Shown one piece after another: positions 10,910-23,224 of a stretch of 64,000 nucleotides of DNA; the stretch's first letter is position 1; each line of letters opens with the position of its first letter. Where the stretch lies: contig NC_042999.1 in assembly GCF_006345805.1 (NCBI RefSeq), positions 166,966,001 to 167,030,000 on the forward strand, written 5' to 3'. The position numbers and the translations under genes were made by a program. The stretch is from Octopus sinensis. Its lineage: Eukaryota. The notes beneath the pieces are model-generated. The model ran no database searches. It saw only the letters and a list, made by a program, of their open reading frames with translations, and had not been told where the DNA came from.

Positions 10910-12546
10910 CGAGGGTGCCCAAACGAAACCGGAATTTTGCACTTTTATATCATTCACTTAGTTTTACATGTTTACACTTTAACCGCCTTCTAAATATCCT
11001 CCGTTTGAAGCAATGCATCGGTCCACACACATCTTCCACTATTCAAAGCAATCCTGGAACGCTTGCGAAGTGATGCTTTTTAACACCTCCGTCATGTTTT
11101 TCTTCACCTCTTTCACATCTGCAAAAAGTTTTCCTTTAAAGATATTGTAGTGATGCTACTGTGTAGGGTTCACCGCGCATGCGCAGAATGGGACTACTTC
11201 CGGGTGGCCACCGGAAGTCTTCCCCATGCGCATGTGCGGGAAACGTTCTCTTAGGCCCGCCAAACTCAAATCCTTCTGTCTGGCAAGTCAGCCAACGCGA
11301 TCGGACGTACATTTCGCAGGCTCTGAAAAACTCACCGACTTAGCCGCCAACGACCATCGAACCTCTTCAACAAAACGAACAAGAAGCTGTACATCAGAGG
11401 CTGTCCTTCTCCCATCAGACACACGTACGCCATCGCAATAAATAAACGAACTGCTGTCTTTTACCTACAACCTGACTTCGTCTGTATTGTCTTACAAAAA
11501 TTGTATGTGACTGGATCGGATCGACACCCTTTCAGTGAATCGATAACCCATCCTGTTACAATTGGTGACCCCATCCTGTTACAATATTTTTATTCGGGGA
11601 AAAAAAAAGATACTGGGAGCAAGTTTAAGACGGGTAAGCGGGGCCATGCCATTTTTGGTCAAAAACTGTCTTACACTCAAGATGGTGTGTGGAGGCACTT
11701 TGTCGTAATGAAACCATCACTCTCCACACTTTTTCACAAGTCGGGGCATTCTCGACTCATCGCGTCCTGCAAATGCTTCGGAACTGCTAAATAAAATGTC
11801 TGGTAAACAGTTTGTCCAGGAGGAACAAATTCTGTGTGGATAATTCCTTCCACATCGATGAAACAAATCAGCATCGTTTTGACTTTGGACTCCACTTGAC
11901 GCACTTTTTTAGGGGCGTGGTGACATCGAATGCTTTCGTAGCACCAGCTTTCGTCACCAGTGATGACCTTCGAAAAAAGGTCCGGATCAACTGCCAACTG
12001 TTCTTTCAGTTCACGACACGCGTTCAGTTGTGATTTCCTTGAGCAAGAGAGACATAAATTTTGCTGCATCTCTTTTCATTCGCAATTTCTCGTTTAAAAT
12101 TCTTTGGCTGGAGTTCCATGACACAACAGTCATGACAACAAGTTCGTCCATTGTTCGGTGACTGTCTTCCAAGATCAATTCATGAATTTTTGTGATGTTT
12201 TCATTCGTTCGAGAGGTCGACGGTCCCCTGAACGAGGTTGGTGTTCAAGTGACCGTTCCCAAAGCGTGAAAACCTCTCGTAAACTTGTGTTTTGCGTCCT
12301 TGTAAGCTGTTTGAAGTATGACAATTGTTTCAGCTGTCGTTTTACCGGTAGAAAACAGAATTTCACGGAAGCACGCTGTTCTTTCGTTTCAGCAATCGCA
12401 AAAATCAACGAACAGGGAAAAGCACTGCAAAACAAAGTCATGACCTTGTCCCGAGGACGCCTGTCGGCAGATTAATACTCGAGGCTCGCATCAAGTGGCT
12501 TCTAGCGGTAGAAGCCTGAACTACTACGGAAAAGGCTTCCGGTTAC

Positions 12547-12562
<16 letters not shown>
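10910..12562 (-). mobile_element. Mariner-family DNA transposon, decayed transposase, with nested LTR remnant
   Basis: TA-flanked imperfect TIRs CGAGGGTGCCCAAACGAAACCGGAA / TTCCGGTTACTTTTGGGTACTCCTCG. Minus-strand peptides EQRASVKFCF, VITGDESWCY, KTMLICFIDVEGIIHTEFVPPGQTV and C-terminal CIASNGGYLEG. Confidence 0.92.
11146..11583 (+). mobile_element. LTR-retrotransposon remnant (one LTR + PBS start + end of second LTR) inserted in the mariner
   Basis: TGTAGT...GTTACA termini (11146-11560), AATAAA at ~11438, then ATTGGTGACCCC (PBS-like) and a second CCATCCTGTTACA ending at 11583; 4-bp TSD ATAT; transposase frame resumes on both sides. Confidence 0.75.
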
Positions 12563-13197
<635 letters not shown>

Positions 13198-13344
13198 TTT
13201 TAATATTTCTATTATATATAAATATATATGTGTGTATGTGCGCGCGCAGAGGCACACATATACATATGATAATCTCTCTTCTCGTATTTGACGCATGAAG
13301 GCCAAACAATCTACATTTTCCCATCTTTTATTTTTCTGTTTCAG

Positions 13345-13473
13345 GATGGTCCTGATAAAGGATGGAGTAGGCAAATCGCTTGGACAACACACACAGTGAT
13401 TTGTTTAACATGTTAATGGCTTGTATGGGACTATTCACACTTTTGGTATTGCTGATAACAACAGTTGATGCAA
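13345..13473 (+). CDS. Candidate exon of a secreted-protein gene (5' UTR + signal peptide MLMACMGLFTLLVLLITTVDA, phase-1 donor)
   Basis: Strong acceptor TCTTTTATTTTTCTGTTTCAG at 13344, ATG at 13410, hydrophobic core ending V-D-A, donor GCAA|GTATGC at 13474. No downstream exon identified. Confidence 0.35.
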
Positions 13474-13888
13474 GTATGCTATGAGACTGAAGAACAGCAG
13501 ACCTCAGTTGGATGGCCATTGACTCTCATGAGCTGCTCCACCTTTCGCCGTATCTTGCTTTTTCATTCTCATTTCGTAGGGTGTCGAATAATTACCCTCC
13601 TCGCCGGGAAAGCTTGATGTGGTTATAGTTTAGTCGCCGACGACTCGACCAAGTGACACGCTGTACTGGGTTACATGTTACCAGTGGCACTCGAGAGTGA
13701 CCTCATGCATACACACACGAACAAAATAGCTAGTTCTAAAATCTCTAATTGATATAAAGTAATAAAAAACTAAACATAACGTTTTTTTTTATCACTATAA
13801 CATGGCTGTTCTATAAAGAACAACGTATTTTCCAGCTGGTTAATGACATACAACCTGTGTCCGATATATTGTGAATAAGGGAGCAAAT

Positions 13889-14295
13889 AGGCGCAGGAGT
13901 GGCTGTGTGGTAAGTAGCTTGTTTACCAACCACATGGTTCCGGGTTCAGTCCCACTGCGTGGCACCTTGGGCAAGTGTCTTCTACTATAGCCTCGGGCCG
14001 ACCAAAGCCTTGTGAGTGGATTTGGTAGACGGAAACTGAACGAAGCCCGTCGTATGTATATGTATATATATATATGCGTGTGTGTGTTTGTGTGTCTGTG
14101 TTTGTCCCCTAGCATTGCTTGACAACCGATGCTGGTGTGTTTATGTCCACGTTACTTAGCGGTTCGGCAAAAGAGACCGATAGAATAAGTACTGGGCTTA
14201 CAAAAGAATAAGTCCCGGGGTCGAGTTGCTCGATTAAAGGCGGTGCTCCAGCATGGCCGCAGTCAAATGACTGAAACAAGTAAAAGAGTAAGAGT
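13889..14295 (+). mobile_element. tRNA-derived SINE, family B
   Basis: Full head-to-tail copy, AAAT on both flanks (possible TSD). Confidence 0.92.
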
Positions 14296-14486
14296 AAATT
14301 ACTCGCCTCCAGCTTGGCAAGACCAGTAGACCATGGGTATAGTGTTATAATGGCAGAAAGACGTTACGTCTAGTATTGTTACTTCTTATATCTCGTTTAG
14401 AGATTTTAGAACTAGCTATTTTGCTCGTTGCGAGAACAGCGGCTGTCTACCGCTTCTCTGTTTACATATTGGGAGTAGGCAGCTGT

Positions 14487-14531
14487 CCAGTACCGATGAA
14501 GGGTAAAGACCCAGAAATCATGGTCTACTGG
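14487..14531 (+). ncRNA. Minimal type I hammerhead-like motif, U4C core variant
   Basis: CCAGTA-CCGATGA-A-GGGT-AAAG-ACCC-A-GAAA-TCATGG-TC-TACTGG: 6-bp stem I, 4-bp stem II, near-palindromic stem III, GUC triplet. Confidence 0.55.
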
Positions 14532-14697
14532 TCTTGCCAAGCTGGTGGGGAGTAGTTCGCTCCCTTACTCACAATATATCGGACACAAGTTGTGTGTCGC
14601 TAACCAATTCGAAAAAACGTTTTCCTGGAGTTAAAAAGTAGTAACATTGTTCTTTAAAGAACAGCCATGTTACATGTTATAGTGGCAAAAAATGTTA

Positions 14698-14758
<61 letters not shown>

Positions 14759-14828
14759 CGAAAAAATATATAGTCTAATGACTAATTCGTCTTTTGTGCT
14801 AGGCCACTGGTAATAATAATTTGTTTTA

Positions 14829-14856
14829 TTGCCCTATTTGATTATGTTTATATATA

Positions 14857-14889
<33 letters not shown>

Positions 14890-15108
14890 CATACATATAT
14901 ATATATACATACATACATATACATACATACATATATATATATACATATATATACATACATATATATATATACATATATATATACATACATATATATATAT
15001 ACATACATAATACATACATATATATATATATACATACATACATACATATATATATATACATATATATACATACATATATATATATATACATACATACATA
15101 CATATATA

Positions 15109-15140
<32 letters not shown>

Positions 15141-15239
15141 CATACATATTATATATATACATATATATACATACATATATATATATATACATACATAATA
15201 CATACATATATATATATATACATACATACATACATATTA

Positions 15240-15271
<32 letters not shown>

Positions 15272-15442
15272 CATACATATATATATACATACATACATAT
15301 ATAATATATATACATATATATATATACATACATACATACTATATATATATACATAATATATATATATATATATATATATACATACATATAATATATACAT
15401 ACATATATATATATATATATACATACATACATATATATATAC

Positions 15443-15476
<34 letters not shown>

Positions 15477-15720
15477 ATATACATAAATATATATATATAT
15501 ACATACATACATATATATACATACATACATATATATATATATACATACATACATATATATACATACATACATATATATATATACATATATATATATATAC
15601 ATACATATATATATATATATACATACATATATATATATACATACATATATATATATACATACATATATACATACATACATACATATACATACATAATATA
15701 CATATATATATATATATATA
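14829..15720. repeat. Compound (AT)n/(ATAC)n microsatellite, ~890 bp
   Basis: Direct inspection; source of the spurious YI/CM-rich ORFs. Confidence 0.97.
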
Positions 15721-15721
15721 A

Positions 15722-16021
15722 ACTTAGATAACTTAGATATGTTTCGACCAGAGATTGGTTCAGGCCATGTCTAACTTAATAGCACCACCTGATAGGATTA
15801 TTCGGATCCTGTTTAAGTCAAGTTTTGTTCAAGTAGTGAGTTCTTGTTGGGTGAGTTGTATCAAGTTTTGTTCAAGTAGTGAGTTCTTGTTGGGTGAGTT
15901 GTATCCAATTATGGGTGGCTTATCTGGTATTCTTTGAAGGAATCTATCCAGACTCTGTTTAAAGTTGATGGGATCCTTTTCCTCTTTGATCTCCCTCGGG
16001 ACAATGTTAAATAAGGCAGGG

Positions 16022-16023
<2 letters not shown>
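15722..16023 (-). mobile_element. 3' fragment of CR1/L2-like LINE with 43-bp internal tandem duplication
   Basis: Minus strand reads GPALFNIVPREIKEEKDPINFKQSLDRFLQRIPDKP, similar to the GPQLFN..LDLFLLRVPD terminus at 40400-40645; TCAAGTTTTGTTCAAGTAGTGAGTTCTTGTTGGGTGAGTTGTA repeated twice. Confidence 0.75.
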
Positions 16024-16082
<59 letters not shown>

Positions 16083-16279
16083 ATATATATACATATATAT
16101 ATAATAATAAATATTAGGGAATAAATCCAAATTTACAGGGAAAAAATCAGATTTAGGATTAAATCCAATTTTATAGTAAAATATTATAAAATATTATTAG
16201 AGACAAAACCACTATTTTGCAAAACAAACAAGGAAAGACTTAATCAATACATAAAATTATATACATATATATATATATA

Positions 16280-16400
16280 TAATATTAGAAAACAAACACC
16301 TTTTATCAATTCAAAATGAAAAATTAAATTATACCATCTAGAAAATTACATATAATAGAAAAGTTAAAATTAAAATAACAATTAAAAAGTAAAGATTAAG
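16280..16400 (-). repeat. Dispersed fragment homologous to the 3' flank of the PLE at 53.2-56.9 kb
   Basis: AAACACCTTTTATCAATTCAAAATGAA..CCATCTAGAAAATTACATATAATAGAAA matches the reverse complement of ~56810-56885. Confidence 0.7.
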
Positions 16401-16470
16401 TAAATTACAAGAATAATATAATGTATATAATAGGTATATATAATATAATACATATATATAAATATATATA

Positions 16471-16502
<32 letters not shown>

Positions 16503-16548
16503 CATATATATACATACATACATACATAAACACACACACACACACACG

Positions 16549-16597
<49 letters not shown>

Positions 16598-17987
16598 TAT
16601 AAACGATTTTTCTTATATATATGATAACTCTAACAGCTCGAGTGATCCCTCGGAAGATCTGTCATTATCTCACTTTCGAATAGTTAGGTACTGAGATCGA
16701 TCCCAGTGATTATATATCTCGAAAAAACTAAAAATGCGTCAGTGTGCAGATATTGAAACAATTTCGTCAAGTCCGGTGCTTTACAGTGCCGGTTTAAACG
16801 TGCTTAATTTCGTCTCTCTGCATTCTGAGTTCAGATACTGTCGACGCTACACATTTGACAAAGACCGATGAAAAAGTACCTGTTATGAACTGGGAAGGGA
16901 ATGGGGGTGGGTGCATCCATCATATGCCGAGAGAAGAGGGGAAGTGAGTTTTGAACGCTTCTGGCAGGACAGTACTCTGTAAATTGGAGAGAGTGTAGAA
17001 ACAGTAAAGTCATTTCTTTTAAAGACACCTTACTCCATTTTTAGGAGGAAGATCATTGGTCGAAACGCTGAACTCCTTTCACTTTATGGCACATGAATTC
17101 AACACACTTTAGATGTATTATCATTATACTGCTCTTGTTTTCGATACAGACCAACACTAGTTTCCTCGGAATATATTTTAACCCAATAATATTATGTTTC
17201 AACCCACGACTCACTGCATTTATATGAAATTATGAAAAAAGACAAAAAAAACAACAACAATCAAAACAGCTCCCCCAAAAAACAATAACCTTATTTGTAT
17301 AGAGAGTGCACCTTTGAGAAAGAATTCAGTACCCATTGCACTAACTCCAAAATTAAGTATCGGGTTTTGGTTAAGCAAATTAAACCCTTTGTTCAGTACA
17401 GACCATTGAAAGGTGTCAGAATATTTCGTCCCAATCCATTTTGTATCTGAGATCCTATTCACTATATCAAAGAAAAACAGTCACCCTCCATTCTAAATAA
17501 ATTTCTATCGCTCTATACTTGATCGGAAAGCATCAAATCAACTATTCATATTGAAACAATAAAGTGTAAAGCAAGGTATTTCAAGAGGAAAGTGAATGGC
17601 ATTTGTGGTAGTCATGATTGTACAATGGACTTTATTGCTAAAAGGCTTTAAATGGAAATCGACGGCGAACTAGTTTTGTCATACGGTAAATATATTGGGT
17701 TTTTTTTTTGTTTTGACGAAGCTCAAAAACATTTGCAATGTTATACATAGGTAAATAGTTTTAACTTGGAATCGAAATCGCACCGTAGACTTGGTACAAT
17801 TAAATGGAAAATTTAATTTAGTCTAAAACAAATAGACATGGGATTGGGATGAACCAAACTTTGACACTGCAGACCCCTCTAATAAATGTGTAGCAAATAA
17901 GGAATTTCTTTATTTAAAGTGATTTATACATAAGTGGACGGGAATGCAAAACAAAACTTGAAATAGCGAACCAGTAATATTTCCTGC

Positions 17988-19034
17988 ATGGATTCTTTAT
18001 CACCAAATGGCTTTTATCGGACAAATCCTCATTCTTTGTGCATTACTTCACCGCCATTCTTACCAGGCAATTCTTATATGTTGGCGTTCCGTATACCATT
18101 ATTAGAGAAAATAGAAATAATACGTAAGTCACGGTCACGATTTCACACGTTTAATCACTGTCAGTATTGTACACGCGATCTGATATTGTTCAGTCTTTTG
18201 AGATCTGATGTATTTGCTATTGACCGGCTTCAGTTACTCACTATTCTGGAGAGAGATATACCGCAAGGAGGAAAGTTTGCTTGTAAGGGGCGAGTGGAAC
18301 AATGGCTTGGTATTATTGATATCGGCTCCATAGCTACAGTGGAAAAATTACCAGTGTTACGCAACCGTCTTGAAAGCACTGAGTACTTCTTTTTACAGGA
18401 TAGCCTTTTTAAAATATTCGCACATTTTCTAGAAGATTCTTGTACAGAAATACTTGAGGACGTTCGTTGTGATTTAGTTAATATGCTTGAGGATTTAAAG
18501 CAAAATGAACAAAGCTTTAAAATTATCATTACAGCTTGTCAAATAAAATTTCGAAACTACTTGAATAAATTGAATAATGACATTTTACCAATCGTAAATG
18601 TATCTCCAAAACCCAGTATCAGTTTGCAACGGACATGTTCTGGCAATAGTCTAGAAACAATTGGTATTAATAAATCGCCAGTAACGCCTATTCTGGCAAT
18701 TCCTGATCCTGTTTTTACTCAAAAACTTTCATACGGAACTAACTCTGACAGCGAAAATTGCTCAAATTCTGGAAATTCTACTTTTAATGATGCTACTCAA
18801 ATTGGGGACTTATCTGGCATGTCGCTATTCAATAATTCTTGCAGAATTTCTACCCCTTTCTTGTCGCCCGTAACTGCTTCTGTATTTCCCAAAATGTTAT
18901 CGATCCCTTCTGTGGCGCAGCAAACCTACAATTTATCTCCTGTTTCTCTTCCTGACAACCATATTTATTTTAAGTATTCCTCGCACAAAGCAAAAAAAGT
19001 TAATGAAATGTTTCATCCTGTTGCCAGCATTTAA
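17988..19034 (+). CDS. Intact single-exon ORF, 348 aa, unknown function
   Basis: Uninterrupted frame in unique, non-repetitive sequence; in-frame stop at 17964-17966 upstream of ATGG; AATAAA at 19054 and 19222. Helical-looking N-terminal half with HCQYC, S/T/P/N-rich C-terminal half; no family recognised. Confidence 0.7.
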   Translation: MDSLSPNGFYRTNPHSLCITSPPFLPGNSYMLAFRIPLLEKIEIIRKSRSRFHTFNHCQYCTRDLILFSLLRSDVFAIDRLQLLTILERDIPQGGKFACKGRVEQWLGIIDIGSIATVEKLPVLRNRLESTEYFFLQDSLFKIFAHFLEDSCTEILEDVRCDLVNMLEDLKQNEQSFKIIITACQIKFRNYLNKLNNDILPIVNVSPKPSISLQRTCSGNSLETIGINKSPVTPILAIPDPVFTQKLSYGTNSDSENCSNSGNSTFNDATQIGDLSGMSLFNNSCRISTPFLSPVTASVFPKMLSIPSVAQQTYNLSPVSLPDNHIYFKYSSHKAKKVNEMFHPVASI

Positions 19035-19955
19035 ATAACTGGATAAAAGAATTAATAAAACGAGATGTGTTTCGCAATTTCTAAAATGAATCCTCATAAC
19101 GTATAAAAATGAAAGAAAACTGTAAATATTGCTCGAGTCAAAACGTAAGCGAATATAATTTTCTGTATTCGCCGTGCATTTCCATTTGTTTTAATAAGCA
19201 GATTTTAATCAATGAAATGAAAATAAAATTACTTTGTCTAATTTATTACCCACATAACGAATTCATTTCAGCCGATTAACTTTCGAAATCTCCTTTCTGA
19301 GGGAGGTTAAAAATTGTTTCCGTTTACATAAGTTACACAGCTGCATTGTGGAATTGAAATAAAGTTAACCCTGGTTCAGCAAAATACTTGGAATATTTTT
19401 TTAAAATTTCAAATAGATTTTGAAATGATTTGTGGCATTTTTTTTTTCTTATTTTTAAAACCATTAATTAATCGCATCTTTCAGAAGACACTGCAACACT
19501 TGGGACTGAAAATATTTTACTCTTCAAAATCTTTTAGGATTTCTTTTTTAAATCAAGGCCTTAAATTACAGTATTTCACCGAATATTATCTGTACGAACT
19601 TCGTATTAATACACACATATTTGAGCCTCCAAATGATCTTATTTCGTAACGAAAGGATTTTTGGAAACTCTACCATTTTTGCATTTAACCGCCACCACGT
19701 TCGATATAGGCTTGCTACTTCATAAGAATGAGGAGATTAACATTCACTTGAATCTCCATTACTCAAACATTGCAAATGGTTTCTAAACTCCGAGTTTCTA
19801 AAACTAATGTTTTGGAATCCAACTGGACGTAAAGAAAATATTATTCACATTTACCTATTTGTTTTCAGTGCATCCTTATTTTCTAAATGTTGGTCTAGTA
19901 CAGCTTGAGCTAAGAGTAAAGTATTTTGTAATATGGAAATAATTTTCTTCTAATA

Positions 19956-20453
19956 TCTATATATATATAAAACTCTAGTTGTGAGTGTCTGTCCCCTTCG
20001 ATTTAGATTCCTAACTACTCCCACATTTTGCGGTGCAGTTTAACCAAATTCGGGTATCTTATAGTCGTGATTCATATTGAGCCCGTCTGGCTATTAGCGC
20101 GCGTCTACGATGAGTCTACGATTTAAAAAATAATTTAACATTTTTTATTCCATTTTAATGCATAATTTTTCGTGTGTCGATGGCGGTGGAGTTGGCGTCC
20201 ATGGTCACACCTGCACCTGTGTTTGCTTCTTCCCCTTCTTCCCTCCCTCGTGAAGCTGTGGGAAGGAAATCAACGTCGTAATGCGTTAAGGAGACCAGCG
20301 TTCTTTTAGAACAACGACTTCATGGCTTGAAGACACCAAAACAGAAATGGCTAAGAAAGTCCGAATTGGCATCTATAAGGGAAGTAACTCTCTAAAAATG
20401 CTTATATAGTTATTTCCCTTACAAACCCGAGCAACGCCGGGCGATACTGCTAG
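19956..20453 (+). mobile_element. Non-autonomous Helitron-type element
   Basis: 5' TC(TATA..), 3' hairpin CCCGAGCAACGCCGGG followed by CTAG, inserted between A and T, no TSD; near-identical copy at 62840-63348. Confidence 0.85.
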
Positions 20454-20732
20454 TTTTAGTATATAACTAAGATATCACCTTTTACATAGGTGTTCAGTGT
20501 ATGTTAGCTTATTCCTGCCCTTGTTGAGCATACTAAAGGTTTTATTTTTAAATTAGGAAAATGTTTCTCACATCTTACATTATGGGTTTCTGAAACATTA
20601 TTTCCATTTTGGCAACCCCTAAATAAATATCTACCGAATATGGAACAAATCAGTGTGTGTTAATGCAAATCCATATTTTATTTGAAGGTGGGTGTATGAT
20701 TATGGTCGATTTCATAGTTTTCTGCATCCCAA

Positions 20733-20920
20733 AGGTGGCGATCTGGCAGAATCGTTAGCACCCCGGACAAAATGCTTAGTAACATTTCTTAAGCTTTCAC
20801 GTCCTGAATTCAGATGCTGTTGAGATCCACTTTGCCTTTTATCCTTTCAGGAGCGATAAAATAAATACCTCATCCTCCCTAAAAATTGCTGGTCCTCACC
20901 AAAATTTGAAACCACTATAT
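20733..20920 (+). mobile_element. Family A SINE (diverged)
   Basis: CTGGCAGAATCGTTAGCAC head, CTTTGCCTTTTATCCTTTC core, AAAATTTGAAACC tail. Confidence 0.8.
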
Positions 20921-21262
20921 TCCTACCACCTCCGAAGGCTGCAAAACGAAGTCGAGCTATAACCTATTTGGATTTAAGGAAGTCAATTGGTGGAAGCGAA
21001 TACTGAAAGGCGCTCAGGCTACACCGTTTCTCCTAAACTTATTTGCAAACCAATGAGTAACTTTGGAATGCTTTAAAGTCACATTTAACCGTGTGCGTAT
21101 TGGTACTGGCGGAATGAATGGACAGTCTATTATGTTCAGTGCTTCTCGAAGTGGACGGCTCTGCCTCCCAATGTTGTTGATGCAGTGGAAAATTTCGTAT
21201 GGCTACTGGGAATCGAGAGTAGCTACAGATCGTGTATAGTCTTTGATGTCTTGATCTATTAA

Positions 21263-21461
21263 AATATTTGTTTCAAATTTTGGCACAAGGCCAGCAATTT
21301 TGAGAGAGGGGGCAACCTGATTACAACTGGTACTTCTTATGGACTCCGAAGGGATGAAAAGCAGAGTCGACTCGGCTGAATTTGAACTTGGAACGTGAAA
21401 GCGGACGAAATTTCGCTAAGCATTTTGCCCAGCGTGCTAACGATTTTGCCAACTCGCCGCC
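21263..21461 (-). mobile_element. Family A SINE
   Basis: Reverse complement of GGCGGCGAGTTGGCAAAATCGTTAGCAC...TTGTGCCAAAATTTGAAAC. Confidence 0.8.
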
Positions 21462-23224
21462 GATCTTCTATTAAGATATTAACGTTTTTAAAGTATTATG
21501 ATAAACTGATTGTTAGCCACAATCACAATAACGACTGATATATCGGAATAGTAAATATTTCAACTAGTAACTTCGCTGGCACATAATGAAGTACTAAGAA
21601 ACCACGTTCTGAAGGTTAGGTCAGTCAATGAAAATCAAGTGTCAAATAACCACTAACAGTAAGGGGTTGATGTGGTAAGTTGCCACTTGCACTAGACTAT
21701 AGTATGGAACTAAATTGCTCTGCTTTGATATTACGTATATGGATTACGTTGTGAGGGGCATCGAAAAAGTCTTTGCAAAAAACAAAAGGTGTAAATCTTA
21801 CCATGAATAATGCCCAGTAAACGACCACTACATAAAACATTGTCATGTCTACTCAATACAATATGGCTTCGCTTTCTGATTGTAGCCATTTCACTTCACC
21901 TCTATTGTCCCTTCCACTTCCGCTCTATTTTAATATCGTTCTTCGTAGGTGTTATAGAAAGCCATTCCACTGTATACTTTTCTACAGTTGCTGTCACGGC
22001 AAAGAAAGTTCCGTACGAAACACAACATTCTGCTTAGAAGAAAACATTAAATCATTGTCAACGATGTCGATGTTGTCGGGTTAATAAATTACATGCTTCT
22101 TGAGAAAACAACAAAACCCAATATGCTAATCATTCGATTCCGTCCAAGATTAACATATTCCAGTTATTGTTCGTTGTAGCACAAACACTTTTACGTGTCA
22201 TGCCATCCATTTATTTTATTGATCTCTCAATTTTTCCCTCGGTCATTGATGTCATTCATCAAAACTATTTTCTTTCTCTTTTCAGTATTTAACGACACTG
22301 CTGGTTTTTCTTTACACTGTATCAATGATTTCTCTATCCAATGCATATTCATTGTCATACTTAAACACTTTATCAAGTGAAGTGATAAGTTTTGATCATG
22401 GTTATAAACTTATTTATAAAGCTCTAGATTAAGAATCATTCCACGGTACAAATGCTATTTAAAGGTATCGATTAACATTTTTGCTTTGGGATTTTTTATA
22501 GAACCATCAGAAAAGAGATGGGCAAGACAGTGTAACACCGGAGTAGATAATTTAATGTGGCTAATGATACGTTACTGTTATTTTTACTTTTTGCCCCATT
22601 TCTAGAGATGAAAAATGTTTTAATATTTACATCAACAATTCACTCAGATTCACAATAAACCAACTCAAACATTCAGTAGCGCATTTTGTGGCTAAGTTCT
22701 ACTTACTTCACTTTCGCATTCGACTCTCCGGGACTGTGTAAACTAACAAAAATATATCGACACTTTCATATAAATATTCTTGTGAAGCTAACAGTCTTTG
22801 ATATTCGCATTTGAAGGGAAAATAGGATAATTTTATTTGTTTTTGTTTTAATACTTACTTCACTTTGAATTAATACGTTACAAATCCTTTAATAGCATTT
22901 ATAACTATATCATAATAATCCACCATTAATATTGTCATAACGAATGAACGAGTATTTAAATAGATTTCGACAAAGATTGGAAGTTATTTAAATGCTGCAG
23001 ACTGAGTCAATTAAAGACGTCAGACAGATTTAAGTATTCTTAGAAGTTTAATGAAAGCTAACTTTTGTTTTATTTACAAAATGATAGCGTATTTTCGACA
23101 CCGGGCACATTTTAAATGCGAAATGGATGTTTTGACACCTGGTGCAAAAGAATATAGTTCGTCGCTGATTAGAAAATTCAGATTGAACTTCTCATTTCGT
23201 TAACAAAGTTAATATTTCATAACT

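Larger units (their letters stand above)
13716..14700. repeat. ~330-bp PLE-pLTR/retrozyme-like unit (14347-14676) with a permuted inverted copy (13716-14340) interrupted by a SINE
   Basis: CCAGCTTGGCAAGACCAGTAGACCATG vs CATGGTCTACTGGTCTTGCCAAGCTGG; ACAAAATAGCTAGTTCTAAAATCTCT vs AGAGATTTTAGAACTAGCTATTTTG; the unit start GTTATA(A/G)TGGCA recurs at 14347 and 14677. Confidence 0.75.

Noticed and set aside
14826-15703. Long ORFs of 100-275 aa rich in Y/I/C/M (also 7213-7602, 47023-47424, 52326-52685, 57498-58012, 63320-63798)
   Set aside because: Translations of stop-free microsatellites.
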